From the NCBI GenBank assembly GCA_020137815.1, contig CM035357.1:3534001-3598000 (forward strand): a stretch of DNA of 64,000 nucleotides, written 5' to 3'. The position numbers were made by a program, and so were the translations under genes. Positions 45,530 through 64,000 of the stretch are shown here, one piece after another (the stretch's first letter is position 1; each line of letters opens with the position of its first letter). This DNA comes from Hormiphora californensis (lineage: Eukaryota; Animalia; Ctenophora). Under the pieces are notes generated by a model that searched no databases, was not told where the DNA came from, and saw nothing but the letters and a program-made list of their open reading frames with translations.

Positions 45530-48038
45530 ATGACATTTGGTTGCGGCCCACTTTTCTCCATCTTCCTCGCTTCCCTGCTGAGTGTATGTGCTGGGCACCT
45601 CTATTACCAGTACTCCCTGGGCCTTAATGAGGTCAGCACTGGCTACCAACTTAGCTCATTCACCAACCTCCGTTCTAAGAGCAAATATGTGGACATTGTT
45701 CTAGTGGGGGACTGATCACAAATCCATTCTTACGGAATCTTATGGTCTGAACAATAGCACTTTCTACGCACCAAAAGAGTATCAATACTCATTTCAATTT
45801 AACACCAATCTCACTGATTACTCTATTATCGGCACACTACCGGCCGACTTTCAATAATGATAAAACTACCTGATATTATGGTGGTTTTCGGCAACTCCGA
45901 CTCGACAACATTCCTCTTGGCCATCCTATGGAATAGGGAAGATCGATTCTACTCTGTGACATACATCAGCACAGAGTTTTCCTCTACTCCGTCCCTGATG
46001 GATTATAACGGTGATACGTTTGCAGATTTCCTTGGTTCCGAGGGGTCCGACCGGTACTTTTACATCAACGACCCAGCGAACCCAGGAACATTTTCAAAGA
46101 TTAAAATAGAAGAATCATCACTCCCTGTTAAAGCGGGGACAACTAAAATCGCTTTTGGAGATTTAAACGGTGACTGCAGGGCTGACATGGTTGGTATCTC
46201 CAAACTCGATAACGGCAGTACTATCATTGAGTACTGGCAGGCAGCAGGCATGGTTATGAAGCTTACATGGCAGCGAACCCTACCACCAACCATGAACAGT
46301 GACTCATACAGTTCCCCAATCATCGCTGACATGGACTCTAACGGAAAGTTGGATTTGGTGATAGCAGGATGTTCCTCGGTCCATCGGGGAATGTGCCAGG
46401 AGAGCAGGATCTACATAATGTATAATGACCCATGTTTTAGTTCCAAGCTAAAAGGATGTTCCCTCGTAACCACCATGTGTGAAGAGTACGGTTTTGAGTT
46501 ATCAGACACCGTCAACGTGTTTAACAAGTTTACAAATGAAAAGGAGACTTGGGGATTCTTGGCATCGAGTGGGGATCCGTTTAGCAGTGATTATTTGGTA
46601 AGACCCACTGATATTGATAATGATGGTCATGTTGATCTGGTGACGGTCTTGAAATATGACAACTCCCAAGTTCCTGTTATCTTCTTCAATACTCCTGATG
46701 ACTGTAAGTAGCTGCTAATCGTATTGTATAACAATACCCCCCCCCTTTTTGAGGTGAATCTGTTATTATTTACCCTCTTTTATTGTTTTGAGACAAATGC
46801 TGTTATTCAATAACAAATCTTAATCTCCACCCCCCCTTTTTCCCAGCTGCTTTGGGCGGAAGAACCTTCACAGCGACCTGGAGGGATGACCTGGCTCTCC
46901 CAGAGAATCTCTCCAACTACTCTCCCTCAATCCTTGCCAGCGCGGATGTAACCGGTATTGGTGTCGACCAGATGTTTGTTGTGGGACGGGATGGGGACAA
47001 GTTTGCCCTGGGGTACTACTCCTCAAAAGATCCCCTGGATACTTACTTCCTGAAAATAACTGTGTTGTGTCCCCGGTATGTGACAAAATATGAACAATTC
47101 TCCTTCTCCTTATATCATGAAAACTTTTAAAGATTATTTCCTTTTTTCCTTGTGATCGTCGCAAACAGGAAAGTTTGGATTAGATATAGTTAGAGGTGCC
47201 AGCTAGTCACTAATTCTGGTGTGGAAGTGTTAAACTCACCTTCTCTCCCTCTCCCAGCTGTCTAGAGGAAAGTGTTACAATAGTGGGGGCTAGCACCTAC
47301 TACAAAACCACAGGATACACAGGGAACACAGAGGTCGGGTTTGGGGCTCAGAACTCTATGCTCAGTGTTGGATCCCTTCAGAGGCCCTATACCCTCTTTG
47401 GCCTTGGTCAGCAGGCTAATTATATTGAAGAAATTGCGGTGAGTTGAATCGATATAATCCCTTTTTGATACAGTAGTTTTCTCTTCATTTTCTGATCAAT
47501 TTAAATACTTGAAAAACAATTGAAACACTTTTGTCTTTATTGAAAAACATGCCTAACTTGATGAAGAAATTCAGGGTTTTAATCTTTAATTTTCTTCCTT
47601 CAGACGGCGTACAGGGTGGACGAAAAAACAAATAAGTTTACATTTGACTCTCTCGTGCCGAACTCACAGGTACGAAATTGTAGGAAGTATCTTACTACGT
47701 ATTTATATTCGAAATCTAAGCAAGAACTACTGAACTGAACTCCCCACCAACAGTACTCAATCAGGATCCCGAGATCCAAATCACTGAACTTCACCCTTCC
47801 ACATTGAATTAACCTCCCCCTCCCCTAGGTGTATGCCATCCCACTCCAAGGCAATGAGGACTGGAAGCTGATCATGCTGGTTATCCCTGGTAAATCTCTC
47901 TGGTCCACCCTAATAGTTCTGGGAGCTTGCTGTCTAGTTTGCCTTGTAATCATTGTGGGCCTCCACATCAAGGAGAGAAAGGAAGATGAACGGGAGAAGA
48001 GGAAGTTTAACGCGAAATTCAATTTCGATGCCATGTGA
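45530..48038 (+). CDS. ITFG1: T-cell immunomodulatory protein / LINKIN (FG-GAP repeats, single transmembrane helix)
   Basis: Signal peptide, repeats DYNGDTFAD, DLNGDCRAD, DMDSNGKLD, DIDNDGHVD, LQRPYTLFGLG, TM helix and C-terminal ERKEDEREKRKFNAKFNFDAM. Three single-base insertions in exon 1. Confidence 0.92.
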
Positions 48039-48445
48039 GGTGTGTTGTTAACATGTGTGTTGACATGTTCGATTAGTTTTTGTGATTATAATTCGCACTG
48101 AATCACCTCACATGATCACAGTTGATCACGTGATGCCCAAATATGGTGCTGTGATCAGTTGAGAGAATCGGAGTTGAGACAAGAACTTCAAAAACGATGA
48201 TGAGATATATTTTTTGAGTAATATTTGGAGTAGTTTGATCCTCCAAGTGTGTGTAAATAGTAGCTAGTACACGTGTTTGTATCACGTGATGCCCATATAT
48301 GGTATTGTGTATGATGCCCATATATGGAGTTGTGTGTATCTATTTGATCAATTGTTTGTGTGACGTATATCATTATTCATGGCGGAGAGTATCACAATGT
48401 TCCTATATTTGTTGTCCCTTTGTTTGTCTTCCTCCCATCCTTCTA

Positions 48446-48588
48446 CAGTCGGACCCCGATTTACCGGAACCCCGATTTACCGGAGGGATAAACTTCCCCC
48501 GATATAATAAGAAATTAACGGTATTTAACCCCGATTAACCGGGCAATAACCTTTCCTCCGAGCATCCCGGTAAATAGGGGTCCGATAG
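48446..48588. mobile_element. Tc1/mariner-type MITE (CAGTCGGACCCC family)
   Basis: Left TIR intact, right TIR degenerate. Confidence 0.75.
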
Positions 48589-48800
48589 ATATGAAGATGT
48601 TCCTAGTGGATCTAGGTTTATTATTGTGTGAGTTTTGTTTTCGATTGTTGAGTATATACGATCCTAAAATGATAATACCAATCGTGTTTTTCTAACCCTC
48701 TGAAATCTTTGGTATGGTGGTACAGTTGTAAGGATGACTGCGTCACCAACTGAAATCCCTGGTAAAGCATATCTAACTTGCCTCATGGCTCCCCGCTCCT

Positions 48801-50138
48801 CACGGCGTGCCTGGTGAAATTTTAACACGACCTAGCATGCGACGGGAAACCACCACTTGTACGTGGTAGCTGAGGGTCTACAGAATGGCGCTACGGTGCG
48901 GGAAAAAACATTCCATTCCCTAAAATCTTTTTTTTTTACTTTTATTTGATTTGGGTCAAAATTGGCTATATTAAACGTGGTCCCGAAAAATCCATAATGA
49001 CTTAGCACACGAAATATGTCACCCCCACCTATTTTTGCACGTAGAATCGATTGCCGTTGAAGTCGAATCTCTAAAATGACTTTAAAATGGTCAAAAGTTG
49101 ATTTTTACCATTTTTTGGAGGTTTTTGGCCCCTAAACCATTGAAAACGTTGAGATAGGGATTTGAAACTAGTGCCAATCGTTAAAATGGTCATTTTTCTA
49201 CCAAGAACCAAGTTTTCGTGTATATCCGATTTATGGTTAGATTTGGGCAAATTGTTGAAATCTGCCAACTAGGAGAACCGTAACTTGATTTTCTTGTTTT
49301 TTGGATTTTGGCATTTTTGACAAACTTCTGATTGAAATGGTCAATCGGGACCATGCTTAAGTTGTTTATGGGACAATTTTCGACTAAAATCCAAGATTTC
49401 ATACCAATCCAATAACAGATCGTTGATTTATAGAAAATTTAAGTAGGCAAAACGGTCAAAATGACAACTTTTCTTGCTTATTTTCACCGTTTTGCCTACT
49501 TAAATTTTCTATAAATCAATCTGTTATTGGATTGGTATGAAATCTTGGATTTTAGTCGAAAATTGTCCCATAAACAACTTAAGCATGGTCCCGATTGACC
49601 ATTTCAATCAGAAGTTTGTCAAAAATGCCAAAATCCAAAAAACAAGAAAATCAAGTTACGGTTCTCCTAGTTGGCAGATTTCAACAATTTGCCCAAATCT
49701 AACCATAAATCGGATATACACGAAAACTTGGTTCTTGGTAGAAAAATGACCATTTTAACGATTGGCACTAGTTTCAAATCCCTATCTCAACGTTTTCAAT
49801 GGTTTAGGGGCCAAAACCCTCCAAAAATGGTAAAAAATCAACTTTTGACCATTTTACAGTCATTTTAGAGATTTGACTTCAACGGCAATCGATTCTACGT
49901 GCAAAAATAGGTGGGGGTGACATATTTCGTGTGCTAAGTCATTATGGATTTTTCGGGACCACGTTTAATATAGCCAATTTTGACCCAAATCAAATAAAAG
50001 TAAAAAAAAAAGATTTTAGGGAATGGAATGTTTTTTCCCGCACCGTAGCGCCATTCTGTAGACCCTCAGCTACCACGTACAAGTGGTGGTTTCCCGTCGC
50101 ATGCTAGGTTGTGTTAAAATTTCACCAGGCACGCCGTA
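48801..50138. mobile_element. Foldback element with CACGG terminus and a 4-bp duplication (Chapaev-like)
   Basis: ~655-bp near-identical arms; TCCT|CACGGCGTG...CACGCCGTA|TCCT. Confidence 0.85.
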
Positions 50139-50174
50139 TCCTCCCTTCTCGAAGAGAGTAAAGGGGAACAAAGT

Positions 50175-51307
50175 GGCAGGTGAGTAGAACTTCGCTCCTA
50201 ATAAAAGGCTGCAATAAAAGGCTGCAGAAAAAGGCTGCAATAAAAGGCTGCAGAAAAAGGCTGCAATAAAAGGCTGCAATAAAAGGCTGCAATGGATCAC
50301 ATATCCAACTGGACTAAAGCACTAAAGCAGGAGATAGACCGAATCGTCCTCCCCTAATAGTGTTTTGTTTCACGTATCGGTTTCTACCATAAGCGGTAGA
50401 GAGACCGAATCACCCGCCCCTAATTATAGTGATTCGTGCCTGGTATCCAACTAAACCATAGGCGGTAGATAGACGGAGATAGAGAGTTAGAGAGGTGAGA
50501 GTGAGAGATCCGAATCATGGACGACTAATCAAGTATTGTATCACGTTTCATGATATCCTCTAATTAATTAAATGAAAGGCGGTTACCTATAATTTGACCT
50601 AATCGGTGCCAATACGTGATTACTGATTTTCTACCGTTATTCGCCAATAGTCTTTATGTACACAATTCAGTAGATCGGAATCACACATAATACTATGATA
50701 GGTGAACTAAGTGGTTGGGTGGTTCACCTGTGATTGTGCTACACGCTCAATCAATAGATCTACCCTACCTCACTAGACCAACACTCTCAGTAGTTACTGA
50801 CTACCTCTACTGAATCGTGGATCGATACGGAAAGACTAATGGAGAATACATAGCGGTAGAGAATCACGTATCGGGACCGATGAGGTCTCATTGTCAATTG
50901 GTAACCGCTTTCCATTAGAGGATACCATGGTACGTGATACCATACCGTGATTCTGATTTTTCACACTCTCAGTTCTCACTCGTACTCGCTCTATATCTCG
51001 GTCTCTCTCTATTGCCTATGGTCTAGTTGGATACGTGACACGAATCACTATAATTAGGGGAGGGTGATTCGGTCTCACTACAGCCGATACGTGATACGAA
51101 ACACTATTAGGGGAGGACGATTCGGTCTATCCCCCGCTTTAGTCTGGTTGGATACGTGATCCCTTGCAGCCTTTTATTGCAGCCTTTTATTGCAGCCTTT
51201 TTCTGCAGCCTTTTATTGCAGCCTTTTATTGCAGCCTTTTTCTGCAGCCTTTTATTGCAGCCTTTTATTGCAGCCTTTTATTAGGAGCGAAGTTCTACTC
51301 ACCTGCC
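50175..51307. mobile_element. Non-autonomous element with GG..CC ends and an 8-bp duplication (Merlin-like)
   Basis: Duplication AACAAAGT (50167-50174, 51308-51315), TIR GGCAGGTGAGTAGAACTTCGCTCCTAAT, 13-bp AAAAGGCTGCA(AT/GA) subterminal arrays. Confidence 0.85.
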
Positions 51308-51460
51308 AACAAAGTTTTAGCCGCAATAATCTATCCTCATAATGATGATACCCCACCACCTAACCTAATACATAAGTCAGCATATTAACCCCTAACCTAC
51401 ATAATTCTGCTTATTTACCCCTAACCTAACAAAAACATATCTTCCATATCTAGCTAGACA

Positions 51461-59369
<7,909 letters not shown>

Positions 59370-59630
59370 GGAGATATTGGTTAATATTCTGCATGGAGTG
59401 GGGGATAACGAACATTATATTATGTGAAACTAGTCGTTTTCGAAAGAGGGATATTATTATATGAACATTTTTCAAGATATGTATTTGGGTACCCTTCAAG
59501 AAGAAAAAGTGTACATGCGTCATGTTTTTTGAGAGAGGAATGTTATGTTAATTGCTCGTGATTTGTGTGAATGTTTATTTCAAAAAGACACATAGCTCTC
59601 TCTCTGCCACCTAGCCGACCTTTTTCTTAA

Positions 59631-59724
59631 AATTCACCGAGAGAGTGAATCGTGATATAGCTCTAATTCACCGAGAGAGTGAATCGTGATTTAGCTCTAA
59701 TTCACCGAGAGAGTGAATCGTGAT
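59631..59724. repeat. 34-bp tandem repeat
   Basis: Three copies of AATTCACCGAGAGAGTGAATCGTGAT. Confidence 0.85.
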
Positions 59725-60189
59725 TCGAGATAGATGTAAGACCCTCTGTGATTCATTCACTTGAGAGTCTTACATTCGATTTAGCTCTAGAACAAAAAAG
59801 ATGAGAAGAGACCGTCGTACTAGTCTTCTGATAGAGCCGAGCTGAGTCCGAGTTAAAATTTCTGGTCGGCCATGTGGTGTGAAGCTGTGTGTCAAGGATT
59901 CCTCCACCCCTTATATCCGTGTTTTTCATTTTGTTATCTCCTCTTTATCACTATCTTTCTCTCTATCTTTCTCTGAGAGAGAGAGTCTCTCAATCTCTAC
60001 TTCTATATCTCTTTGTATGCAACAGCACAAATATCTCTCCCTCTCCTCGAATGTACAGTAGAATTCCAGCAGGTGTGTGTTGCATGTGAATTGTTCAATA
60101 GAGCCTTGACGTGCATCATATACTAGACCCAGAGACCATTCATCCCCCTCCTCATACCGTCTATCTCTCTCTCTCTGGTATCCTAGACC

Positions 60190-60460
<271 letters not shown>

Positions 60461-61014
60461 GATATATCTTTAACTACCCAGTATCGGTGGCGGCGCGAGA
60501 GAGTCTGAGCAAGCTCCCTTTCTTTCTCACTATTACATTAATTCTCGATGATCAATCTCTTTATTACTTTTAGATCGCACTGCACAAAAGTGACGACGAG
60601 TACCCCCTCGTTCTGTCTGCCTCCTGGTCCTAAAGTAGCGTGTTAGGTGTTACATCATTTACATATTAGGTCACCATTGGCACTATCTCGCTTGATTTGG
60701 GAATAATGGCATCATCATAGTAACATGACATACATGATTATGTGAGCTACTCCAGATTCTTCACTATCTACATCATATAAAGTAGAGCAGAAAGCTCTCT
60801 CTCTCTCTCCTCTCTTGATCGCCCCCTCTCTTTATCTCCCCTCTATCTCTATCTCTCTCTCTCTCCCTCCCTCTATCTCTCTTCTCTATCTATCTCCCTC
60901 TCTTTATCTCCCCCCTCTATCTCTCTCTCTCCCTCCCTCTATCTCTCTTCTCCATCTCTCTCCCTCTCTTCATCTCTCCCTCTATCTCTCTATCTCCCTT
61001 TCTATCTCTCCCAG

Positions 61015-61060
<46 letters not shown>

Positions 61061-61400
61061 GTGTTTTCATTGTGGTTGCTTGTTTCAACTGCTCCTAACA
61101 AGCACAGTGCGAGTGTATTCAGCCGCAATCACGCCACTAATATACTACTTGAACTTGTCACTCTGTGGCCGTGTGACACTAACTGAGTCATAACTATATT
61201 CTATACGTAACTGATTAGTGAGTCATCTATATCATGTTGTATTTTCATGACGTCGCACTGTTTGAGAATCAAAACGGGGTCAGCGCCACCAGACAGGAGA
61301 TTGCCAAGTTTAATTAAAATTGTATTTTGTTGCCATGAAGTTGTGAACTATCTATAGTTTTGTTTTTGTACAAAAAGGTATGGAAAGCACAAAAAGTCAG

Positions 61401-61468
61401 TGCGATGGCCGGGAATTGAACCCGGATTTGCAAAAAGTCAGTGCGATGGCCGGGAATTGAACCTGGAT
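61401..61468 (-). pseudogene. Two tandem tRNA-Gly 3' fragments
   Basis: T-arm, acceptor 3' strand and trailer only, with a ~41-bp period. Confidence 0.8.
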
Positions 61469-61482
61469 TTGCCAAAAGTCAG

Positions 61483-61554
61483 TGCGATGGCCGGGAATCG
61501 AACCCGGATCAACTGCTTGGAAGGCAACTATGCTGACCATTACACCACCATCGC
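61483..61554 (-). tRNA. tRNA-Gly(TCC)
   Basis: 72 nt, GCGATGG/CCATCGC acceptor stem, anticodon loop CTTCCAA, GGTTCGATTCC T-arm, downstream T-run. Confidence 0.95.
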
Positions 61555-61634
61555 TCTTATCTACCTCCTTCCCTATATTGGATTTATATGGGTTTACTTT
61601 TAGAAAAATGTGGAGAATATTTGCCAAAAGTCAG

Positions 61635-61706
61635 TGCGATGGCCGGGAATCGAACCCGGATCAATTGCTTGGAAGGCAACTATGCTGACCATTACACCAC
61701 CATCGC
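61635..61706 (-). tRNA. tRNA-Gly(TCC)
   Basis: Same as the first copy with one substitution in the anticodon stem. Confidence 0.93.
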
Positions 61707-61796
61707 TCTTATCTTCCTCCTTCCTTATATTGCGTTTATATGGGTTTATATGGGTTTATTTATATAAAAATGTGGAAAATATTTGCAAAAAGTCAG

Positions 61797-61868
61797 TGCG
61801 ATGGCCGGGAATCGAACCCGGATCAACTGCTTGGAAGGCAACTATGCTGACCATTACACCACCATCGC
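61797..61868 (-). tRNA. tRNA-Gly(TCC)
   Basis: Identical to the first copy. Confidence 0.95.
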
Positions 61869-62344
61869 TGTTATAAAATCTGCTATTGCGCGTTACATAA
61901 TCCTTAACATTGCCCTGTTTGTGTGTAAAACCTACCGAATTATGTTATTTTTAGCGAAATATGCGAGCCCCAAAGATAGTGATATCCAAGGGTTATGATA
62001 ACAACGAGGAAAATTACCCATCATCATCGTCAGGTTTGGCATCTTGCCCAATATCCTCAAAATTACAGGGGATTGGACAGGAAACTGGATATAATTATAT
62101 CCATACAATTACTTGCCTGGCTAGACTGTGTTTCGGGCGCCCGCGCCCGAAACACCTTTACAAATGTAAAGGGAGGGTTAGAACGTAACAAACAATTACA
62201 TACACTTCCCCTTTCTTCCCCTTCCTTCCCCTTTTTGTCGACCAAAAGACGATAAAAACGCCTTCAAATGCACCCTTTTTTAACGAGTTAGTGTCGTCAT
62301 CAGGTGAGTTGAGCCCCATTTTGGCACCCCCAGGCTGCGATAAC

Positions 62345-63916
62345 ATGATGCTTGATATGGCTGTTAGCGCTGACAAGGGACCCTTTATCAGCGCCACTAA
62401 GGCTAATAAGAGCCTGCAAAGAGCACTTGGCAGGTTCCTGGTTTACCATGAGAAGGAGAGGAAGGTAGGATAATGGTTTTTATCTCGGCATGATCTGAAT
62501 TTATGTTTTAAACTCTTTCTATATCTCCCTAGTCCCTCTAGATCAGGAACCGACACCGGATTAAGTAAACAACCAATCAGAACTCGTTATTTAGGTCACG
62601 TGACTGGTTATCAGCCAATCAGGGACCAGTATTTCCTGATTCTGTCGGTTCTTGCTGATCTAGATAATATCTTGCTCCCTCCACTTCCAGATAATATCTC
62701 GGCAACTGGATCTAGAGAGACGTGTGTACAGAAAGAAGGTGAACCGTTGCTCCACCGCAGTACCGGGAGGCAGGAAGACACGTACAGCCTTCACTACCAC
62801 AACCGAGGATCGGAATGACGAGGTAAGGGGCCAACTTACAAAAAGAGTTATAGAATTCTCACAAGCTAGTAGTAGTACAGTCGATCCCCGATTTACCGGG
62901 ATGCTCGGGGGAAAGGGTTTTGCCCGGTATATCGGCCATCGGGGTCAAATTTAATTTCCTAGCTAAATCAGAGTAGGTTTATCCTCCCGGTAAATCGGAG
63001 TCCGACTGTATTTGGGGTAAACATGAATAATTTAGATACAGTCACCACGTCGTGCACCCCCCGGGAGGTTCTTGAGGCCATTAGCTCATGGTGCCCGTGG
63101 AAGTCTCGATACCGCCCTGACTCATACAGATCTGGGTCGCATCCTAAAAATGGTCGATTCTTCGGTGGGGGTAAGGGTAGATAGCCTTGTGGTTCATTGT
63201 GGTTTATTGTGAGGCATCGAGGACGAGTTGTTGAATGAACATGATCTATCAATGAAATCTCACACCCGCCACCGTGGCCCAAATTCACCCAAGATGAATG
63301 AATGGAAGCCGAAAACCCGATGCAAAACACTACCAGCAGCCTTCATAAAACATTTCATAAAACTTTAAATTGCTTTTAATTCTTTCTTCATTGATTATGC
63401 GATCATTCTTCCCGTTGAAATTGTATTTATACTACAACTTGCTATTCAGCAAACTTGACGACATTACAAGCAACTATATCATGCCAGTTTAATCTAAATT
63501 CTCAATTGTTCAGGATGCAGACGGAGATGGAAGGTGGGCTATAACCAAGAAAACCAACCTAAACACTCCCACACCTCGACGTCCCAAAACCGCGGGAGAA
63601 CCATCGAGTAGGGTTAGTTAATAAGCTGTCACGGGTAACCATGGTAGCTGGTTAGTTACTATGTTATCCCTTCCATTTCCATGGTTTTGGTAACCATGGT
63701 AACCATGCAGTAGGGTACCACCCATGTTATTTTCCCCTGATTCCCAGCTACCATATCCAGGTACCAAGGATAGCACTCCGAGATCCGGCGATTGAGGATG
63801 ACACACTTGAGATGACGTACACCTTTAATTCCTTATTTGGCGATGTACAGAGACATGTGATTCCCACTGGATCAGACCCCCTGGACAGCCCTGTGGATCC
63901 CCTAGCTAGTGCGAAG
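62345..63916 (+). CDS. Unknown spliced gene that runs off the window
   Basis: Phase-0 GT-AG exons at ~62345-62464, 62690-62823, 63042-63170, 63514-63612, 63761-63916 stay open (MAVSADKGPF..., IISRQLDLERR..., RRPKTAGE). No family recognised. Confidence 0.55.
62544..62657. mobile_element. hAT-type MITE (CAGGAACCGAC family)
   Basis: Homologous to 28115-28223. Confidence 0.8.
62878..63008. mobile_element. Tc1/mariner-type MITE (CAGTCG family)
   Basis: TIR plus TA duplication. Confidence 0.8.
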
Positions 63917-64000
63917 GTATAAGAGGGTTTCATACGGGCTAGAACTTCTAGTAGAAGCTGAACAAATAAATTGGTTTAGGATGTTTTTGAGTGTGATCAA

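Overview
This is eukaryotic (animal-like) genomic DNA with GT-AG introns, not prokaryotic. A compact marine invertebrate such as a ctenophore is my guess only. (1) 2534-23552 is a ~21-kb PIF/Harbinger-type DNA transposon with a TTA target-site duplication and ~2-kb terminal inverted repeats. It carries three intron-rich genes that the ORF track misses: a DDE transposase with an intact triad, a protein with two MADF/Myb-SANT-like domains, and a second Myb-like protein. Many non-autonomous elements are nested inside it. (2) 24764-44194 holds eight tightly packed, co-oriented minus-strand genes: COPS5, RNF10, RPS5, an unknown acidic protein, MED23, a Rubicon-like gene, UBA52 and NDP kinase. Their introns carry six near-identical copies of a putative box C/D snoRNA (SNORD30-like 18S guide, compensated AUGAUUA/AUGA boxes). 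(3) 45530-59369 holds ITFG1 and gamma-COP on the plus strand, separated by a Chapaev-like foldback and a Merlin-like element. (4) A tRNA-Gly(TCC) triplet and an unknown spliced gene lie at the right edge. Apparent frameshifts in conserved genes look like assembly artefacts, with both synonymous alleles written in tandem. All exon models were assembled by hand and need RNA confirmation.
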